Below, piece after piece: positions 56,159 through 64,000 of a DNA stretch of 64,000 nt. The notes under the pieces were generated by a model. The model did no database searches. It saw nothing but the letters and a program-made list of their open reading frames with translations, and was not told where the DNA came from. The stretch lies in the IMG/VR virus record IMGVR_UViG_3300027708_000024, one strand, 5' to 3'. Each line of letters opens with the position of its first letter. Positions within the stretch are counted from its first letter, which is position 1. The translations under genes and the position numbers were made by a program. This stretch comes from a virus.

Positions 56159-57423
56159 TTAATGAAGAAATAATTGAGTATTTTTCTAAGAATTGTGATG
56201 ACAGAGGAATACCCGAAGTATCATTTGATGGTTGGCAAAATCTAATTACCACTTATCGAAAAGATGATATCAGAGAATCACTTGCTGAGTATGTTCATAG
56301 AAACAATATACCTTTCCCAATAAAGAGAATACACAAAGATAATTTTGGTAATCTTTTTATTCGTTTTTGTATGAAGTCGCATTTACCTTTATATAAAGAG
56401 TTTGATGACGTACAAGAAAGGTACGATTACAAATACAAGTATAGTGATAAACCTTTGGGTGTAATTGATAAGACACATGCATTCAATGATGTCAGTGATT
56501 ATTTTCAACAAGAAAACAGAATGAAGTGTGGTAGTAATGCCTCATTGGCACCAATGGAAATTTGGAACGATAAAGGTAATCTTTCCAGAATGAATTGGAT
56601 CTTCTGGCGTAATGGTGTTATGGAAGACTCTGGTGTAAATGAGAAAACGTTCCGTTCATCATTTCGACTAGGAACATACACAGCAACACAGTTTAAACCG
56701 TCTGTAGCAAAGGCAATCTATGAGAAACATGAAGCAGTCAATGTGCTAGACACCTCCTGCGGATGGGGTGACAGACTTGCCGGTTTCTATGCAACACCAT
56801 CTACAAAACTATATGTTGGTTGTGATCCAAATCCTGAAGTGTTTGAGGTATATAAGAAACAATGTGTTGCCTATGAAGAATTGCTAGGTGCAACACCAGT
56901 CTTGACTGAATCGGAAGATTACTTTGAGTGCATTGGTACAAAGACAGTTAAGATATGGAGAAAACCATGTGAGGATGTGAATTGGGATTTATACATTGAT
57001 ACGTTTGATTTATACTTCACCTCACCACCATACTTTGATACCGAGACATATGGAACAACAACAAACAAGACTGAAGATCAATCTTGGTCGAGATACAATT
57101 CATTTGATGCATGGAAATATAATTTCTTTTTCAAAGTCACCAATTTGGTTTGGAAAACTATAAAGAGTGATGGTTATATGATGATAAATATCATAGAACC
57201 TAGAAGTCGCCGTGGTGTAAGACTTAAACTATGTGACGATATGGTAGAGACATTTCAGTCATTCGAAGGTTCAAATTACATAGGTAAAATTGGTATGCGA
57301 ATGGTTGCACGACCAAATACCCAAGAACTTAATAGTGTTTTTATTGAACCTGTTTGGGTGTTCAGAAAAAATAACAGTAGTTACATAGACGACGATAAAC
57401 TTACCATAGAGGACTTTTTATAA
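56155..57423 (+). CDS. Second amino-type DNA methyltransferase-like protein
   Basis: LDTSCGWGDRLAG; FTSPPYF; same family as the 37235 protein. Confidence 0.75.
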   Translation: MINEEIIEYFSKNCDDRGIPEVSFDGWQNLITTYRKDDIRESLAEYVHRNNIPFPIKRIHKDNFGNLFIRFCMKSHLPLYKEFDDVQERYDYKYKYSDKPLGVIDKTHAFNDVSDYFQQENRMKCGSNASLAPMEIWNDKGNLSRMNWIFWRNGVMEDSGVNEKTFRSSFRLGTYTATQFKPSVAKAIYEKHEAVNVLDTSCGWGDRLAGFYATPSTKLYVGCDPNPEVFEVYKKQCVAYEELLGATPVLTESEDYFECIGTKTVKIWRKPCEDVNWDLYIDTFDLYFTSPPYFDTETYGTTTNKTEDQSWSRYNSFDAWKYNFFFKVTNLVWKTIKSDGYMMINIIEPRSRRGVRLKLCDDMVETFQSFEGSNYIGKIGMRMVARPNTQELNSVFIEPVWVFRKNNSSYIDDDKLTIEDFL

Positions 57424-58769
57424 TGGCAGCATTATCCGCCGCAGATTTCTTCAAACAACCAACAGCAAATAGACCTGACCGTAAAATGATTATATTGGAA
57501 AAATATAAAAACGGAGAGGCATTTGAGATGGCCATTGGTCCTTCTCCGGTAGTATTTAAATATGAAAAATCTGTTTATGATAAAATTGCTGCTTTGATTC
57601 CTGGTGATAACAAAGGATACAACTCGATTGTATTGAAAGATAAAAATAATAAACAATACTATTTAAAAAATATATCTAAGAGTAAAGATTTAGGTGGTGG
57701 AGGCGGTTCTGGTGCAGGAGCAGAAAACACAAAGATGAATGAATCCTCGGTTTGTTTATGGTGTGCAGTATATACAAAATATGGTGTTGCTGATAAAAAT
57801 GCAGTGGTAAAATATTATAAAGATGTTAAAGACATCTATAATGTAGACGAATCAGATGAGAACATGATATCACAAACTGATGATGCTTGGTTAAAACATT
57901 ATGAACGTACTGCTAAATTTTTAGTTGATGGTCTTTTTAATCAAGGTAATTACATATTTCATCGTGGATCTGACCTTGTTGATATGATCAATAAAAAATT
58001 TTCTGAACTCAACAAGAAAATGGAAGTACCATTTGCAAATATTAATAAATGGTCGCCAGCTGATATATGGGCAGTGAAAAAAGGATTCAAGTTAGATATT
58101 TCTGAGTGTCAAACATTAGACTGTTTGAATCGTGATTTATTAAATGCATTAAAAGATAGAAATTTAGTAGGAATATCTTTAAAGAAAACTTTAAATGGCA
58201 TTCATCAAACAAATTATAATGTTGGTGAAAAAAGACCGCCCATGACTTGGAATGGGTTTAGAGTTAAGGCCGATAAAAAAGATTCTAACATATTATCATC
58301 TAAAGATGTATACATTTATGGTAAAGGCGAAGATGAAATTGCAATGCAGCTACGCTCATTTGCAGATTTATCTGGTTGGCAAGGTGAACTGATTGGTGCT
58401 GTCGCAAAATATGGAAAGATAGCATATGGTCCAATCAATTTAATATTAAAAGATTTAGGTTTAGATCAATTACCAAATCAACAACATATAATCAGTCTAG
58501 CAAGAGTTAAAGATAAAAAAATGATTGATGATTTATATAACACATTCTCAAAGTATGATAGTCCAGGAATGACAAAAGAAGCATTCAGATCGGCGGTACA
58601 ATCTAAAGATACTTCATCAGATAAATTATATTCAAAATACTTAGGTGTAACATTGATAGATATATTAATGTCTACAACAGAAAAGAATAGAAATGCATTT
58701 GTGCAAGGTGCTTTAGGATATGCACTTTCAAACACTAAAAATAGTGCTCCATTTATTAAGGTATCATAA
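57423..58769 (+). CDS. Putative PD-(D/E)XK-type endonuclease
   Basis: NES...WSPADIW...GISLK pattern; translationally coupled to the MTase (TAATG). Confidence 0.5.
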   Translation: MAALSAADFFKQPTANRPDRKMIILEKYKNGEAFEMAIGPSPVVFKYEKSVYDKIAALIPGDNKGYNSIVLKDKNNKQYYLKNISKSKDLGGGGGSGAGAENTKMNESSVCLWCAVYTKYGVADKNAVVKYYKDVKDIYNVDESDENMISQTDDAWLKHYERTAKFLVDGLFNQGNYIFHRGSDLVDMINKKFSELNKKMEVPFANINKWSPADIWAVKKGFKLDISECQTLDCLNRDLLNALKDRNLVGISLKKTLNGIHQTNYNVGEKRPPMTWNGFRVKADKKDSNILSSKDVYIYGKGEDEIAMQLRSFADLSGWQGELIGAVAKYGKIAYGPINLILKDLGLDQLPNQQHIISLARVKDKKMIDDLYNTFSKYDSPGMTKEAFRSAVQSKDTSSDKLYSKYLGVTLIDILMSTTEKNRNAFVQGALGYALSNTKNSAPFIKVS

Positions 58770-59243
58770 ATGACACTAGATGATATTCCAAATTCAATTC
58801 ATAGTGGGTCTGTTGGTATCTCCAATGCTTTTGATTTGGTAGATAAGTATTCAAAAAAACCTGGACTACCTGAACCAAAAGCAAACAAACTTAAATTGTT
58901 ACTTATTCAAACCAAAGATATCTACAACACTATACCTAGTGGATTTTTGAATAGACTATCAATGACAGGCAAACTAAAAGACTATGTAAAAGATTGGGAT
59001 AGTAAACATCTAAAAGATGCATGGGTTGATCCTGAAAATTATGCAATGCAGCTGCGTACTCATGTTGAATATAAGTTGAATATGGATATCATTGCTGCAA
59101 AACAATCAGATACTAAATTGAATCGTCAAAAAGAAAAGAAATGGGTACTGGAATATTTTTATGCAAACCACAATTCTTTTATTCAACTATATAACCTGTA
59201 TAATAATTTTTTAAAAATTAAGGATGTGATAAATGGCAATTGA
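58770..59243 (+). CDS. Hypothetical helical protein
   Basis: 157-aa ORF abutting the upstream stop. Confidence 0.65.
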   Translation: MTLDDIPNSIHSGSVGISNAFDLVDKYSKKPGLPEPKANKLKLLLIQTKDIYNTIPSGFLNRLSMTGKLKDYVKDWDSKHLKDAWVDPENYAMQLRTHVEYKLNMDIIAAKQSDTKLNRQKEKKWVLEYFYANHNSFIQLYNLYNNFLKIKDVINGN

Positions 59244-59517
59244 TTATAATTTTGATAAAGTGTTTGCAGAGTATCAGGATTTATCTGATGACTTTGGATT
59301 TTCTGCCGTAAGTGAAGATGAGTACAACAAAGTTGTTAATGAATCCGAACAGACTGTTGAAACATATAAAGATAAACTAAAAGAAGTAGAAAAGTTAGTT
59401 ATTCCATTTCTACAGAAATTGTACCAAACTGCTGACAAAGAATACATTTACTGGCCAAATCGCAAACCTACCATAGAAAAACAAATAGAGAAAATCCTAA
59501 AACTAACTCGTTCCTAA
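59233..59517 (+). CDS. Conserved hypothetical phage protein
   Basis: DDFGFSAVSE...KEYIYWPNR. Confidence 0.7.
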   Translation: MAIDYNFDKVFAEYQDLSDDFGFSAVSEDEYNKVVNESEQTVETYKDKLKEVEKLVIPFLQKLYQTADKEYIYWPNRKPTIEKQIEKILKLTRS

Positions 59518-59521
59518 TATT

Positions 59522-60247
59522 ATGACTCCTTTGATTACAGTAATAACACCTACGACAGGTGCACCCACCTTTAAGCAAACACTTGATTCTGTCAAATCAC
59601 AAACATATAAAAACATACAACACCTAGTTGTTATTGATGGTGATTATCCTAAAGCAAAATTAACATTACAAGAATATCAAAATGTAGATGTTATTAAACT
59701 ACCATACCCAACAGGTAAAGATCAATACAATGGCCATCGAATTTATGGTGCAATGACTTATATTGCCAAAGGTGATTTCATATGCTTTTTAGATGAAGAT
59801 AATTGGTATGAAGAAAATCATATTGAATCATTAGTTGATGTTATATCAAAAGGAAATACTTGGGCATACTCACTACGCAAAATAGTCAGTCAAGAAGGCG
59901 AATACATATGTAACGATGATTGTGAATCGTTAGGTAAGTGGACTTCGGTAATCAACGATATGTTTGTTGATGTGAACTGTTTTATGATACCAAAACTATC
60001 AGCATTGCAGTTTTCACCATACTGGTATCGTAGAGCAAGGCATCCACAAGAACAACCAGAAGTAGATAGAATCTTGTCACCATTTATGATGCAAACTCAA
60101 GATAAATTTGACACGAACGGTCAATATAGTGTAAACTACAGAGTAGCAAGTAGAGCAGATTCGGTACAGGCAGAATTCTTTATAAGAGGCAATGAGCAAA
60201 TGATGAAGAAATATAATGGAGAATTACCATGGCAAAAAAAGATTTAA
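59522..60247 (+). CDS. Glycosyltransferase family 2
   Basis: VITPTTG; HLVVIDG; FLDEDNW. Confidence 0.85.
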   Translation: MTPLITVITPTTGAPTFKQTLDSVKSQTYKNIQHLVVIDGDYPKAKLTLQEYQNVDVIKLPYPTGKDQYNGHRIYGAMTYIAKGDFICFLDEDNWYEENHIESLVDVISKGNTWAYSLRKIVSQEGEYICNDDCESLGKWTSVINDMFVDVNCFMIPKLSALQFSPYWYRRARHPQEQPEVDRILSPFMMQTQDKFDTNGQYSVNYRVASRADSVQAEFFIRGNEQMMKKYNGELPWQKKI

Positions 60248-61089
60248 TTATTGGTGCATTTAAAAACTACTCATACAACACAATTAAACCTTGGGTAGAA
60301 TCAATACGTGAATGTGGATTTGAAGGTGACAAAGTAATCGTATCTATTGGTTCTAGTGAATCAACAAATCAAAAACTAGCAGACGAAGGATTTCATGTAT
60401 TATCTGGTGAATCACAATCAGGTTCAATGTTTCATATGGAACGATTCATTCACATCTATCAATTTCTAAAACAAAACGCACTAAATTATAGATATGTAAT
60501 CACAACCGATGTTCGTGATGTTATCTTTCAAACGAATCCAATTCCTTATGTAGAGACCATTCTTGATCAAAATCCTCTCACAAAATTGATTGCTGTATCT
60601 GAAGGCATCAAGATCAAAGATGAATCATGGAACAGAGAAAACATAATCAAGTCTTTTGGTCCTTATTTCTATGATGATATAAAAGAATCAGAAGTTTTAA
60701 ATGTAGGTACACTAGTAGGAACAGCAAATCACATTAGAGACTTGTGTGGTATTATTTTTCAGTTGTCGATGAATCGTGCCGATTGGGTTGCAGATCAGGC
60801 AGCATATAATATTCTGATGAATTGGATTCCATACAACATGATTACTCATATTTCAAAATTGAGTGAAGGTTTTGCATGTAATCTACATGTGACAAATAAA
60901 CCAGATCAACTACAAGAATTTGGTCCGTATCTGTTAGAAGAACGTCCTATCTTTGAAGATGGTCTAGTTAAAGATGGAAAGAACAAACAACCATTTGCTA
61001 TTGTTCATCAATACGATAGAGTTCCAGAAATGTTGGATTTCTACAAGAAGAAATACCAACAAGATGAGTATATCACCATCAATACCTGA
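60229..61089 (+). CDS. Glycosyltransferase-like protein
   Basis: TTDVRDVIFQTNP; DQAAYN; IVHQYDR. Confidence 0.7.
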   Translation: MAKKDLIIGAFKNYSYNTIKPWVESIRECGFEGDKVIVSIGSSESTNQKLADEGFHVLSGESQSGSMFHMERFIHIYQFLKQNALNYRYVITTDVRDVIFQTNPIPYVETILDQNPLTKLIAVSEGIKIKDESWNRENIIKSFGPYFYDDIKESEVLNVGTLVGTANHIRDLCGIIFQLSMNRADWVADQAAYNILMNWIPYNMITHISKLSEGFACNLHVTNKPDQLQEFGPYLLEERPIFEDGLVKDGKNKQPFAIVHQYDRVPEMLDFYKKKYQQDEYITINT

Positions 61090-61095
61090 TAGTGT

Positions 61096-61103
61096 TATAA
61101 ATA
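61096..61103 (+). promoter_or_regulatory. T4-type late promoter
   Basis: TATAAATA upstream of the 61148 gene. Confidence 0.7.
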
Positions 61104-61147
61104 CATAAACCAAAGAAGTATAAAAAACTAAATATGCGAGGTGTGAA

Positions 61148-62005
61148 TTGAGTGATATTACCATTGTTACAGCATTCTTTGATATAGGTCGAGGTGATTG
61201 GACTCCAGACAAAGGTCTACCTCATTATCTCGAACGTTCCGTCGATACATATATTGACCGATTCTCTCATCTAGCACAACTTGATAATGAGATGGTTATC
61301 TTCACAACAGAAGATTTGATTCCAAAAATAAAACAGCACCGAGACAAACAAAAACAAAAAACAAGTTATGTTACCTATGATCCTAGAGTTCGTATGGTCG
61401 ATGTTCGTGATAAAATTATCAAAGTTCAAAGTGATCCAGAATTTCAAAAGAAGGTACTAATAAGTCAAAGTAAAAATCCAGAGTATTGGAATCCAGACTA
61501 CGTTCTAGTTACAAACCTGAAAGCATATTTTGTAAATGCATCAATCAAAAATGGAACAGGTTTAGTGTCCAATGATATGGTTGCATGGGTTGACTTTGGT
61601 TATTGTAGAGACTCTAGCAAAATACCATCAAGTAAAAAATGGGAATATGATTTTGATCCAAACAAAATTCATATGTTCAATTATAAACCATATGATGGTA
61701 AACCTATTGAAGATGTTGTTGCAGAAAATGATGTCTATATTCTTGGTGCGAAAGTTGTAGCACATAAAGATAAGTGGGCAGATATGGAACGATTGATGTG
61801 GACAAGTTTCAATGAGTTTCAAAAGAAAAACATTGTTGATGATGATCAGGGTCTATGGTTGAACTCATACATACTTGAACCAGATTTGTTTGAATTACAT
61901 ATGATTCCCGATCATCAAAAAGGTCACGACCCATTTGTTTTATTTAACAAATTCAACTCAACAGTACCACCCGAAGATGATTTAATTAGAATTAGCACAC
62001 TATGA
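61148..62005 (+). CDS. HtrL/YibB (WlaTC)-family glycosyltransferase
   Basis: ITIVTAFFDIGRGDW; AWVDFG; DDDQ. Confidence 0.8.
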   Translation: MSDITIVTAFFDIGRGDWTPDKGLPHYLERSVDTYIDRFSHLAQLDNEMVIFTTEDLIPKIKQHRDKQKQKTSYVTYDPRVRMVDVRDKIIKVQSDPEFQKKVLISQSKNPEYWNPDYVLVTNLKAYFVNASIKNGTGLVSNDMVAWVDFGYCRDSSKIPSSKKWEYDFDPNKIHMFNYKPYDGKPIEDVVAENDVYILGAKVVAHKDKWADMERLMWTSFNEFQKKNIVDDDQGLWLNSYILEPDLFELHMIPDHQKGHDPFVLFNKFNSTVPPEDDLIRISTL

Positions 62006-63372
62006 ATAAATTAGTTATATTTGACCTTGATGGTGTATTGATTGATTCCCGTGAACTGCATTATGATGCACTCAACGATGCATTACGCAAAGTGGATGAA
62101 AAATACGTTATTTCCCGTGAAGAACATCTTTCCGTATTTGATGGTTTAAACACAACCAAGAAATTAGAATTGCTCAGTGAACGTAAAGGTTTACCTAGAG
62201 AATACTATAATCAAATATGGCAAGACAAACAGAAAGCAACGTTTCATTTGATTCCTGATGCACCAAAGAACGTATCTGCACAGTATATAATGCAGCAACT
62301 AAAAATGCGTGGATGGAAAGTTGCAGTTGCATCAAATAGTATTCGTGAAACAGTTAGAATTTCTTTACACTCAATGGGTGTTTTAAATTTGGTAGACTAC
62401 ATTGTCAGTAATGAAGATGTATTTTTTCCAAAACCATTTCCTGAGATGTATTGGAAATGTATGACTGCAATGAAAGCATTGCCTAAAGACACCATTATAA
62501 TTGAAGATAGTCATATCGGTCGTGAAGGTGCAACAAACTCTGGTGCTCATTTATATCCAGTCAAAGATGCATATGAATTAAATGGTAATAAATTTCTTGA
62601 TATGATTGATGAGTTTACGAAAGAAGAAACAAAGAAAAACATACCATGGAGAAATAAAAAAATGAATGTTGTTATTCCAATGGCTGGTGCTGGTAGTAGA
62701 TTTGCTGCCGCAGGTTATACTTTCCCAAAACCTTTGATTGAAGTCAATGGTAAACCAATGATTCAAGTTGTTGTTGAGAATTTGAATGTTGATGCACATT
62801 TCATCTACCTTGTGCAAAAAGAACACTATGAGAAATACAATCTCAAGCAACTATTGAACTTAATTACTCCTGGTTGTGACATTGTACAGATTGATGGATT
62901 GACTGAAGGTGCAGCATGTACAACACTACTCGCAAAAGAGTTGATTAATAACGATGAACCATTGTTAATGGCAAACTCAGACCAGTTTGTTGAGTGGAAT
63001 TCAAATGAATGTCTCTATGCATTTACTGCCGATAGTGTAGATGGTGGTATCGTAACGTTTGAGGCAACTCATCCTAAGTGGTCTTTTGCAAAACTAGGAG
63101 ATGATGGTTTTGTATCTGAAGTTGCAGAAAAGAATCCAATTTCAAATATTGCTACCGTAGGTATCTATTATTGGAAACATGGTTCTGATTATGTAAAGTA
63201 TGCTGAACAAATGATTGACAAAAACATTCGTACTAATAATGAATTCTATGTATGCCCAGTATTCAATGAAGCAATTGCAGACGGTAAGAAAATCCGTGCA
63301 AAGAATATTGCTAAGATGTGGGGCATAGGCACACCAGAAGATTTGAATTACTTCTTGGAGCACTATAAATGA
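62002..63372 (+). CDS. HAD phosphatase fused to a sugar-nucleotidyltransferase
   Basis: FDLDGVL..KPFPE..IEDS; then IPMAGAGSRF..PKPLI. Confidence 0.85.
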   Translation: MNKLVIFDLDGVLIDSRELHYDALNDALRKVDEKYVISREEHLSVFDGLNTTKKLELLSERKGLPREYYNQIWQDKQKATFHLIPDAPKNVSAQYIMQQLKMRGWKVAVASNSIRETVRISLHSMGVLNLVDYIVSNEDVFFPKPFPEMYWKCMTAMKALPKDTIIIEDSHIGREGATNSGAHLYPVKDAYELNGNKFLDMIDEFTKEETKKNIPWRNKKMNVVIPMAGAGSRFAAAGYTFPKPLIEVNGKPMIQVVVENLNVDAHFIYLVQKEHYEKYNLKQLLNLITPGCDIVQIDGLTEGAACTTLLAKELINNDEPLLMANSDQFVEWNSNECLYAFTADSVDGGIVTFEATHPKWSFAKLGDDGFVSEVAEKNPISNIATVGIYYWKHGSDYVKYAEQMIDKNIRTNNEFYVCPVFNEAIADGKKIRAKNIAKMWGIGTPEDLNYFLEHYK

Positions 63373-64000
63373 ACAAAGACTATTCTGATTATAATGTGCA
63401 AAAAGATATATTATTAGAATATTTGCAAGTAGTAATTATAAATCAAGATTGGCATACCCTAAAAAAATTATCTACTATTATAATAGATTTAGAAAAAAGT
63501 ATCAATAATCAGGCTTGTTTTCTTGTACCAGTGCATCGAGATAAATTTGGGTATGCCACAGGATTAGTAGACAGTTATAATAAATTGTATGATCAAGATA
63601 ATATCTATTTAATATTTGGTGATCAATTAGAAGAAACAGATTTCAAAAATTCCAATCCTACATTGAAATATAGAAGTCTGGTATATTCAGGTAAAGAAAC
63701 TTCTGGTATTATAACAAGAAAAAAATTTGAAGGATTGATTCAAATATATGAAAGCACTGATTATATCAATGTTGCTGTTATAGACTGCGATAGTATTTTT
63801 ACAAAAAAATTAAATTATGTTGAACTATTCGATTCATATTTGAAAAAAAATATATTGTATGGAAACATAACAAATACCTCTCAAAATATTGTTCAATCAC
63901 CATATAAGTTTTTTGCGGGTGAAGATTACCACAAAATAAAAGATATTACAAGAGACGGTAAAATTTATTATTTTTTTACTGATATACCTGTTTATCATAA
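63369..64000 (+). CDS. Partial glycosyltransferase-like protein (3' truncated)
   Basis: Open from ATG 63369 to the window end; FLVPVH and VIDCD (DxD) motifs. Confidence 0.6.
   Translation, partial: MNKDYSDYNVQKDILLEYLQVVIINQDWHTLKKLSTIIIDLEKSINNQACFLVPVHRDKFGYATGLVDSYNKLYDQDNIYLIFGDQLEETDFKNSNPTLKYRSLVYSGKETSGIITRKKFEGLIQIYESTDYINVAVIDCDSIFTKKLNYVELFDSYLKKNILYGNITNTSQNIVQSPYKFFAGEDYHKIKDITRDGKIYYFFTDIPVYH

Noticed and set aside
223-63363. Minus-strand and nested alternate-frame ORFs in the track
   Set aside because: Shadows of well-supported + strand genes, with no motifs or ribosome-binding sites

Overview
A 64-kb, AT-rich segment of a large T4-like myophage genome. Essentially all real genes are on the + strand. 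It resembles uncultured aquatic T4-like phages; the host cannot be determined from the sequence. Gene order: fibre/LamG adhesin genes (1-13.3 kb); head-tail module gp13-14-15-16-17-18-19-20-67-68-21-22-23-3 (13.4-29.8 kb) under T4 late promoters (TATAAATA); uvsY, uvsW, gp55, gp47, gp46; peptide deformylase; a 2OG-Fe(II) oxygenase / methyltransferase / glycosyltransferase / dNMP kinase block; gp45, gp44, gp62, regA, hsp20 and nucleotide-metabolism genes; a tRNA island (9 tRNA genes, GroES, two candidate structured ncRNAs); gp43, uvsX, gp41; a methyltransferase + nuclease pair; and a glycosyltransferase cluster. The top finding lies at the head of the tRNA island and is too short for the ORF track. 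A sigma70-type promoter drives a 31-codon leader ORF (47237-47332) that uses 30 different codons and 19 of the 20 amino acids. The 3' end of this ORF forms an antiterminator that competes with an intrinsic terminator just before the first tRNA. I infer a ribosome-dependent attenuator that samples the host tRNA pool and switches on phage tRNAs when any tRNA runs short. Also notable: a ROSE-like thermometer and a pseudoknotted leader on hsp20, an antisense promoter in front of gp55, a palindromic operator-like motif at the tRNA promoters, a chimeric tRNA-Asn, and a DGGxF C-terminal tag shared by four proteins. All annotations come from motif recognition and manual folding; no searches were run.
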